64,000 bases of DNA. Origin: an uncultured Gemmatimonadales bacterium (GTDB taxonomy: Bacteria > Gemmatimonadota > Gemmatimonadetes > Gemmatimonadales > GWC2-71-9). The stretch's first letter is position 1. Each line of letters opens with the position of its first letter. The DNA is taken from contig CAVUAK010000001.1 in assembly GCA_963739455.1 (NCBI GenBank), positions 96,001-160,000 on the forward strand. Direction: 5' to 3'. The notes below the pieces were generated by a model that saw only the letters and a program-made list of their open reading frames with translations, was not told the DNA's origin and searched no databases. This document shows positions 14,722-25,437 of the stretch, piece after piece. The translations under genes and the position numbers were made by a program.

Positions 14722-15395
14722 CCGACGCCCTCACGCACCGGCTCGACTACGAGCGCGCCACCCGCATTGGCCTCTCCGAGGCGATCCTCTGCGAGCCGAA
14801 GACACTGCCACACCTGGTCGCCATCGTTGCCGAAGCGGCCGGGCGGGGACATGCACTGCTGCTCACTCGCCTCACCGCCTCGCAGTACGACGCCCTGGCT
14901 GCCGTCACCACCCTGCCCGCGATCGACTACGACCCGGTCTCGCGCACCGGCATCATGGGCGAGGTGCCGCACATCGCGCCGGACACGACAGTACAGGTGG
15001 AGATCGTTTCAGCTGGCACTTCCGACCTCAGCGTGGCCCTCGAGGCCCAGCGCACGCTGCGGTTCCACGGCGTGCCGAGCCATCTCCTCGCTGATGTCGG
15101 GGTGGCCGGCCTGCACCGGCTGCTCCCCCATCGCGCGCAGCTCGAGCGCGCCGTGGTCACGATCGTCTGTGCTGGAATGGATGCCGTATTGCCGACTGTC
15201 ATTGGCGGGCTGGTGGGTGGTGCAGTGATCGCCGTGCCTACGTCGGTGGGTTACGGTGTTGCGGCGGGAGGGCATGCGGCCCTGAACACCTGTCTCGCGA
15301 GCTGCGCCCCTGGCGTCACGGTGGTGAACATCGACAACGGATTCGGCGCCGCCTGCGCCGCCCTCCGCATCCTTCGCGCGTCACGGTCGGCCTAG
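14718..15395 (+). CDS. larB: LarB NaAD carboxylase/hydrolase (PurE-like)
   Basis: LDYER..RIGLSEAI, SAGTSD, DVGVAGLHRL, AVPTSVGYG, SCAPGVTVVNIDNGFGAA. Confidence 0.93.
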   Translation: MTDALTHRLDYERATRIGLSEAILCEPKTLPHLVAIVAEAAGRGHALLLTRLTASQYDALAAVTTLPAIDYDPVSRTGIMGEVPHIAPDTTVQVEIVSAGTSDLSVALEAQRTLRFHGVPSHLLADVGVAGLHRLLPHRAQLERAVVTIVCAGMDAVLPTVIGGLVGGAVIAVPTSVGYGVAAGGHAALNTCLASCAPGVTVVNIDNGFGAACAALRILRASRSA

Positions 15396-15414
15396 CGGTT
15401 TCCCTGTTCCCTCT

Positions 15415-16865
15415 TCATCGCTTTTTCATCACCGCCTCGATCTCCTTCATCTCCCGCGGCGCCCTCGACCACCACTCCACGCCGTCCGCCGTCACCAGGT
15501 AGTCGTCCTCGATCCTGATCCCGATGTGGTTGTACCGCTCCACCGCCGGACGCACCTTCGCGATGAAGGCGCGATTCTTCGGCGTGTCCGCCAGCATGTC
15601 GAGCAGCGCCGTGCTGATGTAGACCCCGGGCTCGATGGTGAACACCTCATTGAGCCGGAAATTCCCCGTCGGCGAGTACGAGTAGCCGCCGGCATCGTGC
15701 ACCTCGAGACCGATGCCATGCCCCGGCCCATGCGCCATGTACAGGAACGCCTGCGTGCACACCACCGGCACCCGCTCACAGCGCGCCGCATCGGCCCACG
15801 GCGGATCGAACGTCGCATCCGGTCCCTCCGTCAGTCCCAGCTTCGCCAGCTCCGTCGCCATGATGGCACGGATCGCCTTCTCCCCGTTGGCGACCGGCGC
15901 ACCCGCCTTCGCCTCACGCTCCGCCGCCATCTGCGCCGAGCGCACGATCGTGTAGATCGCCGCCTGCTCCGGTGAGTACGTGCCGCTCACCGGAATGGTG
16001 CGGGTGACGTCGCCCGCGTAGCCGTCGTACAGCGCCCCCATGTCCATCACCACGATCTCGCCCGCCTGCATGACGCGATCATTCGCGCGATAGTGATAGC
16101 TGGTCGAGTTGGGGCCGGACCCGATGATGGCGCGGAACGACGGACCCGTGGCACCTTCCATGCGGAAGGTGTAATCCGTCAGGGCGTGAATGGTACGCTC
16201 GTTGACACCGGGGTGAACGGCCTTCATCGCGGCCACCTCGCCCTGGGCCGAGATCTCTACCGCCTTCCTGAGCAGCGCCAGCTCGGCGGGCGACTTCACC
16301 ACCATCAGTGAGTCCAGCAGCGCGTCGGCACTCGCGCACCGTCACCGCGGGATTCCCCGCCCAGAGTCGCTGCACGAAGTACCGCTCGGCGCTGAGCGAG
16401 TCGGTGGTTCGGTAGTCGCGGCTGTGCGTGTCGGTCACCGTCCACAGCGTGCCGCGACCCACCAGCCCCTCCATCACGTCGCGCAGCTGGTCCACTCCCC
16501 GAAGTCCCAGGCCGGTCCGGCGCTGCAGGTCGCCCGAGTCGGGCGCGAACCCGTCGTACAGCGCCCGCCGCGGGTCGATCGGCGGCTCGAAGAGCATCTG
16601 GTACGTCACGCTTTCCGTCCTTCATCGCCATCACGAACACCGCGTTTGGCCGACGATGCCCTGTCAGGTACTCGAAGGCGGGGAGCTGGTGAAAGTCGGC
16701 CTCGTCGGTCATCGGTTCGGGAGCGCCGTAGGCCAGCAGCACCCCGCTCCCCAGCCGGGCCGCGACGCTGTCCCGTCGCGCCCCATACTCGGCGGTTGGA
16801 ACCTGGGCCGCGAGCGGGGCGGCAAGAAGGAGGAGCGAACCAAGCAGGCAAGTGGTCTTTGGCAT
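15415..16865 (-). CDS. Secreted Xaa-Pro aminopeptidase (M24B); apparent frameshifts about 16610 and 16330
   Basis: Signal peptide, EYGARRD, VVKSPAEL, MDMGA..GYAGDVTRT, HGPGHGIGLEVHD, TIEPG, GIRIEDD. Confidence 0.9.
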
Positions 16866-16921
16866 GGCCGCAAATCTGCCGCTGGCACCGGCGTGCGCAA
16901 CCCCGCATGTTTCATCGATCC

Positions 16922-19631
16922 ATGCCAGACGCCCCGGCTCGCCTCGTCGCAGCCCTTGCCGACCGATACCGCATCGAGCGGGAAATCGGCGCCGGCGGTA
17001 TGGCCACCGTCTACCTCGCCGAAGACCTCAAGCACCACCGCATGGTGGCCATCAAGCTCCTCCGTCCCGAACTTGGCGCCCTGATGGGCGCCGACCGCTT
17101 CCTCGCCGAAATCCAGACCACCGCCAATCTCCAGCACCCCAACATCCTCCCCCTCTTCGACAGCGGCGCAGTCCAGCTGGCGACTGACGACTCACTGACG
17201 ACTGCCGACTCACGACTGACGTCGTCGTTGCTCTTCTACGTCATGCCCTTCATCGAAGGCGAATCCCTCCGCTCCCGCCTCACCCGCGAGAAGCAGCTCC
17301 CCGTCAACGACGCCGTCCGCATCGCGACCGAGGTCGCCGGCGCGCTCGACTACGCCCATCGGCACAACGTCATCCATCGCGACATCAAGCCCGAGAACAT
17401 CCTGCTGCACGACGGCCGCGCGATGGTCGCCGACTTCGGCATCGCCCTCGCCGCGAGCCGCGCCGGCGGCGCGCGACTCACCGAGACCGGCATGTCGCTC
17501 GGCACGCCGGCCTACATGTCGCCCGAGCAGGCCATGGGCGAGCGCGAGATCACCGCCCGCAGCGACATCTACGCGCTCGGCTGCGTCACCTACGAGATGC
17601 TGGTGGGAGAGCCGCCGTTCACCGGCCCGACCGCGCAGGCCATCGTCGCCAAGGTGGTGACGACCCCGGCGCCGTCACTCAGGGCGACGCGGCAGAGCGT
17701 GCCCGAGCCGGTGGAAGACGGCGGTACTGGTCGCCTTGGAGAAGTTGCCCGCTGATCGCTGGGGTACCGGCAAGGGAATTCGCAGACGCGCTTGGCGATA
17801 GCGGAAAGGGCGCCGCCACCCTGCGCCTTCCCCGCCTTTCCCAACCTCCCCGCCCTCCCCGTCTTCCCCGCCTCGCGCCGCTCGCCGCCATCGCTGCGAT
17901 CGCCGCGCTGGCAACGTGGCTGGCTACGCGGCGCACCACCCCGGCATCCCAACTCCCGCCAGCACGCCTGGCACTCATCACGCCCGGCCTCGGCGGCCCC
18001 ACGCAGTCGCTCGCCGGACGCCAGATCGCGATCACGCCTGCCGGCGACGCCATTGTCTACGTCGGTACGCGCGATCATGACACCACGGCGCTCTTCCTGC
18101 GTCGGTTCGAAGCCCCCGGACCCGTGGAGATCGTCGGCTCCGCAAACGTTCGCGATCCGATCATTACCCCCGATGGGCGTGCCGTGATCGGCACCAGCAG
18201 CATCGGCGGGATACCGCATTCCGCTCGAGGGCGGGCTGCCGCAGGCCATCGCGCTCCCTCGGACCAGCTTCGTCGGCGCCTGGGCGCCCAGACGGCTACT
18301 ACTGGTTCACCGACATAGGTATCAACGGATTGATCCGCCTGACGCCGAGCGACTCCGTGATTCCCCTGGCGATACCGCGCGACAAGCAGCGCGGTATGCG
18401 GGTGCAGCAGGTGCTGTCCGACGGCCACACTGCCCTGGCAACGCGCGCGCCAGCAGCGACCGGCTCGGGGCCCGCCGTTCTCTTCGACCTGCGCACCGGC
18501 AACGTCACGCCCCTCATGGATGTGCCGGTCGTCGAAATCCAGAGTGCGGCGGGTGAGTTGCTGGCCGTACTCCAGAATGGCTCGATCGTGGCCTCGCCTT
18601 TCGACGAGCGAGGCCACCGGATCACCGGTCCGCAGACGACAGTGGCATCCGGCGTCTCGCTCACCGGCACCGGGCTCGCCAACTTCGCGCTCGCGCAGAA
18701 CGGCACGCTCGCCTACATCGAGGAAGGGAAGCCTTCACTCGTACTCGTCGACCGGAGTGGAAACGTTCAGCACCTCGTCGAGGAGCAGGCAGTGCATGCG
18801 CCACGGTTCTCGCCCGATGGCCGCCGCATCTCGTTCGATATCACCTCCGTAGACGGCCGTGACGTCTGGGTGCTGTCCCTCGACCCGCTCGCGCGCTCCC
18901 GGGCGACGTTCGCCGGAGACGGGCACGACGCGAGCTGGACTCCCGATGGCCAGTTCATCACCTACATGCACCTGATCAAGGGAGTCGTCGGACTCTACCA
19001 GACCCGCCCGGGCAGCACCGCGCCCCCCGAGTCGCTCATCGCATCGCCCCATCTCGACTACACCGGCACCTGGCTCCGCGATGGTAGTGCCCTCATCGCC
19101 GACGGGAGTGAGCTCCAGGAGAACTCCGGCGGTGATGTGGTGCGGATTGCGAACCGCGGGAAAGGGCCGATCGAAGCGCTGGTCGCGAGCCGTTACCTGG
19201 AGCGGTTTGCGGCGCCCTCGCCCGACGGGAAGTGGCTCGCCTTCACCTCCGACCAGTCCGGCCGCGAGGAGGTGTACCTCCGATCGCTCGCAGTTGATGG
19301 CAATCCCGTCCTCGTCTCACAGGACGGCGGGACCGAGCCGGTCTGGTCGCCCGATGGCCGTGAACTCTTCTATCGCAGCGTAAGCAACAATGAGGGCGTG
19401 CTGATGGCGGCGGCCGTCCGCACGACGCCGGCGCTTGCCGTCGCATCACAGCAAGTGCTCTTTAATGTGCAGGACATGGTCGGCACTGGACCCCACGCCA
19501 ACTACGACGTTTCACCCGACGGGCGCATGTTCGTGATGGTGCGCCGCAATCCCACGAGCCACATTGTGGTCATCCAGGACCTGCCCGGGCTCCTGCGCAA
19601 GCTGCGTAGCACGTCCACTGCACGGCCGTGA
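16922..19631 (+). CDS. Ser/Thr kinase-TM-TolB-like beta-propeller receptor, paralog 3; apparent frameshifts about 17720-18300
   Basis: MPDAPARLVAALADRYRIE, full kinase motifs, SPDG repeats, NYDVSPDG. Confidence 0.88.
17183..17221 (+). repeat. 39-nt heptamer cassette inserted in kinase 3 N-lobe loop
   Basis: ACTGACG ACTC ACTGACG ACTGCCG ACTCACG ACTGACG, identical to 19889-19927. Confidence 0.9.
17824..17873 (+). repeat. Degenerate (CCCCGCCYT)n repeat in kinase 3 linker
   Basis: cgcctt ccccgcctt tcccaacct ccccgccct ccccgtctt ccccgcct. Confidence 0.8.
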
Positions 19632-22276
19632 GCGACCCCCAGGCTCGCCTCGCGTCCGCACTCGCCGATCGCTATCGCATCGAGCGCGAGATCGGCGCCG
19701 GCGGCATGGCCACCGTCTACCTCGCGCACGACATCAAGCATGATCGCAAGGTCGCGATCAAGGTCCTGCGCCCCGAGCTCGGCATGATGATCGGGGCCGA
19801 TCGTTTTCTCTCCGAAATCCGCACCACCGCCAACCTCCAGCACCCGAATATCCTGCCGCTCTTCGACAGCGGCGTCGCCACCGTGACAACTGACGACTCA
19901 CTGACGACTGCCGACTCACGACTGACGACTGCGTTGCTCTTCTACGTCATGCCCTTCGTGGATGGCGAATCCCTGCGCTCCCGCATTGCCCGCGAGAAGC
20001 AGCTTCCCATCACCGACGCCGTCCGCATCACCACCGAAGTCGCCGGCGCCCTCGACTACGCCCACCGCCACAACGTCATCCACCGCGACATCAAGCCGGA
20101 GAACATCCTCCTCCACGATGGCCGAGCCATGGTGGCCGACTTCGGCATCGCGCTCGCCGCCGGCCAGGCCGGCGCCCGAATGACTGAAACCGGCATGAGT
20201 CTCGGTACACCGCACTACATGAGCCCCGAACAGGCCATGGGCGAGAGGAACCTCACCGGCCGCAGCGATGTCTACGCGCTCGGCTGTGTCACCTATGAGA
20301 TGCTCACCGGCGACCCGCCCTTCACTGGCTCCACCGTGCAGGCCATCATCGCCCGCGTCGTCACCGAGCACCCGCGCGCGCTGACCCAGCAGCGTCATAC
20401 CATTCCGCTCAATGTCGAGGCCGCCGTCCTGACGGCCATCGAGAAACTCCCCGCCGATCGCTTCGGGACCGCCGCCGAGTTCGCCAGCGCACTGAACAAC
20501 ACGACGTTCACGCACCGCACGCCGCGCTCGATCGCCGCCACAGGCGCGAGCCTCTCACGTTCTCACGTCATCACGTCCTCACGTCTCGCGGGCGCGGCCG
20601 TGGCCGGCGCAGCGGTTCTGGCGCTCGGCATCGTCAGCTGGACCATGTTGCGCCCGGCCGCGGCCACGCTCGCGCCCACAGCCCGCCTTGTCATCCCGCT
20701 CCCGGCCGACCGCATGCTCGCGGTCGACCCGCGCCCATTCGACATTTCGCCTGGCGGCACGGATATCGTCTATGTCGGGGACGTCGACGGACAGTCGCAA
20801 CTTTTCCTCCGGCCGCTCGATGACTTCGAGGCGCGCGCCATTCCCGGCACCGAGGGCGCGCACCAGCCCTTCTTCTCTCCCGACGGCAAGTGGATCGGCT
20901 TCGTCGCCGATGGCAAGCTCGAGAAGATCCCGCTCGCAGGCGGTGCGCCGATCACCCTGACCACCGTGACGACCAGCCTCCGAGGTGCCTCATGGGGCTC
21001 CAACGGCACCATTCTCTACTCGTACCGGGACTCGCTCTTCCTGATACCTGACCAGGGCGGCACACCGTCCGGCATTCACTTGTCCTCCCGCGCGGCGAGC
21101 AACACCGTCCGCTGGCCCCGGTTCCTGCCTGATGGAAAGCATGCGTTGATCTCGACCGACACCGCCGTGGAGATCGTCGACTTGAAGAGCGGCGACATGC
21201 ACCCGCTCGTGCGCGGCAGGCAGGCAACCTACCTGCCCGATGGGCACCTGCTCTTCGACGAGGCCGAAGGACGCATGCGGGTGGTGCCGTTCGACGTTGG
21301 CCGCATGATGATCACCGGGTCACCGGTGCCCGCATTCGAGGCATTTCGTGGCCCCGGCAGCAGTGGCACCCAGTACGCCGTCTCCGCGAACGGGACGCTC
21401 GTGTATGTCGCCGGCGGGTTCAATCGCACGCTCGTGATGGTCGACCGCAACGGTCACGAGACTCCGCTGGCGCTTCCCCCTCGCGGCTACCGCCTGCCGA
21501 AGTTTTCCCCCGATGGCGAACGGCTCGCTGTCACCATCGATCCCCGTCCGTCGCAGATCTGGGTCGTTGACCTCAAGCGCATGAGCGCCGTGCCAGTCAC
21601 CACCGAAGGGCACAACCTGGGAGCCGTCTGGTCGCCCGACGGCTCGCGGCTCGTCTTCGGCACCGGGGCCACGCCGCTCTGGGTAGGCTGGCCCCAGGGG
21701 GGCGCGGGCCAGCCAGCATTGGAAGCGAAGCTCCGGCTCGGCGCGGCCATCTATCCCGGCAGCTGGTCACCGCGCATTGGCATCATCGCAACCAGCCTCG
21801 ACACCAGCGGCACCCATGTCGTGTCCTTCCATCTCGGCGACAGCGTCCCGACCCGTGTGACCAGTGGGCCCGCGCGCGAGTGGCAGCCCAGTGCCTCACC
21901 CGATGAACGCTGGGTCGCGTTCACGTCCAGCGTCTCCGGTGCCGATGAGGTATACGTGCGCTCACTCACCGGCGTCGGCGGGGCCATTCGGGTCTCGACC
22001 AACGGCGGGGGCGACCCGCTGTGGGCAGCCGACGGCAAGTCGCTGTACTATCGTCGTGGAAGTCGCATCATGGTGGCAGGTGTTGCGACGAAGGAGGGCT
22101 TTCAGGTCGTCGGCGAACCTCGCGAGCTGCTCGCCGGCACCTGGGACTTTTCACAACAGGACAACTGGGACGTCGCACCCGACGGGCGCTTTATCATGGT
22201 ACGGGGCGATCCGGCATCGTCCGGCCGCCTCCTGGTCGTCGTCAACTGGTTCGACGAGCTGAAGAAGAAGAGCTAG
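19628..22276 (+). CDS. Ser/Thr kinase-TM-TolB-like beta-propeller receptor, paralog 4 (intact, 882 aa)
   Basis: Complete ORF; kinase motifs; TM segment LAGAAVAGAAVLALGIVSW; PD40-like repeats; ends VVNWFDELKK. Confidence 0.95.
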   Translation: MSDPQARLASALADRYRIEREIGAGGMATVYLAHDIKHDRKVAIKVLRPELGMMIGADRFLSEIRTTANLQHPNILPLFDSGVATVTTDDSLTTADSRLTTALLFYVMPFVDGESLRSRIAREKQLPITDAVRITTEVAGALDYAHRHNVIHRDIKPENILLHDGRAMVADFGIALAAGQAGARMTETGMSLGTPHYMSPEQAMGERNLTGRSDVYALGCVTYEMLTGDPPFTGSTVQAIIARVVTEHPRALTQQRHTIPLNVEAAVLTAIEKLPADRFGTAAEFASALNNTTFTHRTPRSIAATGASLSRSHVITSSRLAGAAVAGAAVLALGIVSWTMLRPAAATLAPTARLVIPLPADRMLAVDPRPFDISPGGTDIVYVGDVDGQSQLFLRPLDDFEARAIPGTEGAHQPFFSPDGKWIGFVADGKLEKIPLAGGAPITLTTVTTSLRGASWGSNGTILYSYRDSLFLIPDQGGTPSGIHLSSRAASNTVRWPRFLPDGKHALISTDTAVEIVDLKSGDMHPLVRGRQATYLPDGHLLFDEAEGRMRVVPFDVGRMMITGSPVPAFEAFRGPGSSGTQYAVSANGTLVYVAGGFNRTLVMVDRNGHETPLALPPRGYRLPKFSPDGERLAVTIDPRPSQIWVVDLKRMSAVPVTTEGHNLGAVWSPDGSRLVFGTGATPLWVGWPQGGAGQPALEAKLRLGAAIYPGSWSPRIGIIATSLDTSGTHVVSFHLGDSVPTRVTSGPAREWQPSASPDERWVAFTSSVSGADEVYVRSLTGVGGAIRVSTNGGGDPLWAADGKSLYYRRGSRIMVAGVATKEGFQVVGEPRELLAGTWDFSQQDNWDVAPDGRFIMVRGDPASSGRLLVVVNWFDELKKKS
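19889..19927 (+). repeat. 39-nt heptamer cassette inserted in kinase 4 N-lobe loop
   Basis: Identical to 17183-17221; encodes TDDSLTTADSRLT. Confidence 0.9.
20553..20584 (+). repeat. 8-bp repeat (NNTCACGT)x4 in kinase 4 linker
   Basis: tctcacgt tctcacgt catcacgt cctcacgt. Confidence 0.75.
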
Positions 22277-22289
22277 CGAAGGAGCCCGC

Positions 22290-22352
22290 TTGACGAGTGC
22301 GGAGGCCCGCCCCACCGCAGCCCTCGCAGGCCGCTACCGCATCGAGTCTTGA
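22290..22352 (+). pseudogene. 20-codon stub of a further kinase paralog
   Basis: AAGGAG RBS, then TTG-TSAEARPTAALAGRYRIES-TGA, collinear with the kinase N-termini. Confidence 0.8.
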
Positions 22353-22389
22353 CGCCTCCACTGCTCATTCATAAACTCCATATATGGAG
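22349..22389 (+). promoter_or_regulatory. Sigma70 promoter and palindromic operator of the toxin-antitoxin operon
   Basis: TTGACG-N17-TAAACT (22349-22377); perfect palindrome CTCCATATATGGAG at 22376-22389. Confidence 0.75.
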
Positions 22390-22395
22390 GTGGCT

Positions 22396-22647
22396 ATGGA
22401 GCTTTCCAAGAAGACGACCATCCTGTTCTCCCCCGAACTTCATCGGCGCCTCACGGAGTACGCCGCGCGACGCGGCGTGAGCCTGGGCGAACTCGTTCGC
22501 GAGGCCTGCGAAACCACCTACGGCATCGTCGGCACCGAGGAACGGCTGGCAGCAGCGCGCGACCTCGGCCGGCTCAAGCTCCCCGTCGGCCGCCCCGGGG
22601 ACATGAAGCGCGAGTCCCAGCCGGATCCGGCGCGGCTCCTCCCGTGA
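22396..22647 (+). CDS. RHH/CopG-family antitoxin (VapB-like)
   Basis: GGAGG RBS; KKTTILFSPELHRRL..AARRGVSLGELVREA; GTGA overlap with the PIN gene. Confidence 0.85.
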   Translation: MELSKKTTILFSPELHRRLTEYAARRGVSLGELVREACETTYGIVGTEERLAAARDLGRLKLPVGRPGDMKRESQPDPARLLP

Positions 22648-23051
22648 TTTTGGTCGATGCCAACATCATCATGTATGCGGCAGGTGCTGATCACGCCCAC
22701 AAGCAGCCGAGCCTGGCGCTGCTGGAGCAGGTGGGAAGCGGCGAGGTGGAAGCCACCATTGACGCCGAGATACTGCAGGAGATCCTGCACCGCTACCGGG
22801 CCATAAGACGCTGGGCCGACGGACGGCGGGTCTACGACCTGACACGACAACTCTTCCCCAGCGTCATCCCGGTCACCGCCGACGTGCTCGACCGGGCTCG
22901 GCAGCTGCTCGACCGCGATACACGGATCATGGCCCGCAACGCCCTGCACGCCGCCGTCGCCCTCATGCACGACCTCGAAGCAGTCTGCAGCTACGATCGG
23001 GACTTTGATCGCATTCCCGGCATCAAGCGCCTTGAGCCCCCCACCGGCTGA
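22644..23051 (+). CDS. vapC: VapC-family PIN-domain toxin
   Basis: ILVDANI, EILQEIL, R(N)ALHAA, SYDRDF; 135 aa, downstream of an RHH gene. Confidence 0.88.
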   Translation: MILVDANIIMYAAGADHAHKQPSLALLEQVGSGEVEATIDAEILQEILHRYRAIRRWADGRRVYDLTRQLFPSVIPVTADVLDRARQLLDRDTRIMARNALHAAVALMHDLEAVCSYDRDFDRIPGIKRLEPPTG

Positions 23052-23110
23052 CGCTCTGCCGACCGCCGACTGACGACCGCCGACTGACGACTGACGACTG
23101 ACGACTCACC
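23047..23110 (+). repeat. Heptamer tandem array filling the convergent intergenic gap
   Basis: gctgacg ctctgccg accgccg actgacg accgccg actgacg actgacg actgacg actcacc. Confidence 0.9.
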
Positions 23111-25173
23111 TCGGAAACGCCTCCGGCAACCCCCCATCCACGGTAAGAATATCCCCCGTCGTGTACTTGAACTTTTCGCTCGACAACAGCACCGCCAGGT
23201 CCGCTACCGCACTCGCCGGAATCAGTGACGCCCCCAGCAGGTTCCGCCGCTTGTAGACCTCCAGCTGCTCATCCACCGAGATTCCCTTCCCCGCCGCCCG
23301 CTCCGCCACGAACTTCAGGAACAACGGTGTCTCCACCTGGTCCGCGTTGATCGCATTCACCCGAATTCCATCCCCGCCCAGCTCCACCGCCGCTACTCTG
23401 AGCGCCTGCAGCATCGCTGCCTTGCTACCGCCATACGCCGCCGCATCCTTCCCCGGCACCAGCGCCGCCTTCGACACCGACGCCACGATGCTCCCGCCCA
23501 GCCCCTGCCGGCGCATGATGGTCGCCGCCGCCGACATCGCCATCATCGCGCCGAGATAGTGCACATCCAGCTGCTTCTGCAGGTCTGCCCGCGTCAGCTC
23601 CATCACCGACGCAAACCGCGGCGCCAGTCCCGCCGTGTAGAACAGGCTGTCGAGTCCGCCGAACTCACGCACCGTCCGCGTGAACAGCAGGTGCAGGCTC
23701 GCATCGTCCCGTACGTCCACTGCGACACCGATCGCGCGACCCGGCCACTTCGCCTACCACCGCCGCAGCCACCTTCTCGGCGGCGGCAAGGTCAAGATCA
23801 GCTACGACGACATGCGCACCCTCTTCGGCATACCGATGCGCCGCTGCCTCGCCGATCCCGCTCCCACCCCCCACCACGATCACGACATGCCGGGCCAGCA
23901 GCAGCGACTTCCGCTCCCGCTCGATCTCCTCGTCGATTTTCCGCCGCTCCAGCGGCCAGTGCTCGAACTCGAACACCTCGGCCTCGGGGATGAACTGGAA
24001 TGCGTCCACCGCCTCCGCGTTCTCGATCGCCTTGAGCGTCGCGCGATAGCAGACATTCGCGGTGACCGCGTTCTTCTTGTCCTTGAACACCGTCACCATG
24101 CCGAGCCCCGGCACCAGCACCACCTTCGCCCAGTCGCGGAGCGGTGCCGCATCCTTCGCCGCATGACGCCGGTGATACGCCTCGTACTCCGTATGCGCCG
24201 CCGCGATCTGGGTTCGCGTCTTCACGCAGAGCTCCTCTGCCGACGCGCCCAGGTCGAGGTCGAGCCAGACGGGCTTCGTGCCGGCCCGCAGGATGTGCTC
24301 CGGCGTTGCCACGCCGCGGCCCACCACTTCCTTCAGTCGCTCCGACGCCAGCGTCGTCAGCACGTCATCGCTGTCGTCGAGATGCAGGATCACCCGCTCC
24401 GACACACCCAGCGCACCGCGAATCGCCGGCAGCACCGCCACCGCGGCCTTCGCGCGAACCTCACTCGCCTCCGTGCGCACACGTGGCGCGCCCAGCACAT
24501 GCCGCCCGCGACGGCTCGCCTTCAGGAATTCCTCCGTCGCGGCGATCGCCGCCATCAGACGCTCATGACACTCGTCCGCATCGTCGGCCCAGATCACCAG
24601 CCCGTGATGCGCCAGCGCCAGGCCGATCGTCCCTTCCGGGATCTTGTCCGCGATCAGGTCCACCGATCGCGCCAGCGGAAACCCGGGACGCGCGTACGGC
24701 ACGTACGCCACTTCACCCTTGAAGACTTCCTTCACCAGCCGCTCCGCCACGCTGTCCTGCACGTTCGTCAGGCTCATCGTCGCCACGTCGTGCGTGTGCA
24801 CGATTACCCGGTGCGGCAGCAGCGAATGCAGCGGCGTCTCCACGCTCGGTGCCGGTCCCTCGCGCCCCAGCATGCACTCGCCCATGAACCGCATCATCTC
24901 GTGGTCGCTCATCGACGACACGCCCCTGAGCCCCGCCAGGCCCTCCAGCGACAGCCGCGAGAACCCCTTCCGCCCGATCGAACGCAGGTCCGTGCCGCTC
25001 CCCTTCACCAGCAGCGCGGAGACCTGCCGCCCGCTGGCATCCGGCAGCGTCGTCTTGATCGAGCTGTTGCCGCCGCCCGGCTGCACCAGCCGCGTCTCTC
25101 GGCCAATGAGGTTGGACAGGGTGACGAGCTGGTCCAGCTCGTCTGCTATGGGAGATGGGGTGGGTGAAGTCAT
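23106..25173 (-). CDS. Bifunctional class II aldolase / short-chain dehydrogenase (rhamnulose-1-P aldolase/ADH-like); apparent frameshift about 23750
   Basis: GGGNSSIK, VKGSGTDL, PSVETPLH, VHTH, HHGL, TPEH, then SDR GGGSGIG, YGGSK, NAINAD, DGG. Confidence 0.9.
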
Positions 25174-25214
25174 GGCCGAGAAGATAACGCGCCGTCGGCG
25201 ACAGGACGCCGCCA

Positions 25215-25260
25215 TGGCCGGGAGGACGGGGCGCCCCGAGACGGGATCGTAGAACGCAGA
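25215..25260 (+). repeat. 5'-half copy of the structured intergenic element
   Basis: tggccgggaggacggggcgcccc...gggatcgtagaacgca matches the 5' arm of the copies at 25262 and 33878. Confidence 0.75.
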
Positions 25261-25261
25261 G

Positions 25262-25395
25262 CTCGGTGGCCAGGAGGGATGGGGCGCCCGGCGAAGGGGA
25301 TCGTAGAACGCACCGTTGCATCGGATCGACGGGGAACTCCGGCGTGCGTTCTCCTTTCCCCGAGCCGGGCGCCCCGCCCGACGGGCCACACCGAG
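25262..25395 (+). repeat. Structured nested-palindrome intergenic element, copy A (ncRNA or MITE/REP-like)
   Basis: Stems GGGGCGCCCGGC/GCCGGGCGCCCC, GGGGA/TCCCC, AGAACGCAC/GTGCGTTCT; homologous to 33878-34000. Confidence 0.85.
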
Positions 25396-25437
25396 TGACT
25401 CTACCGGCCCCTCGAACGCTCGCTTATGGTGTTGGTC

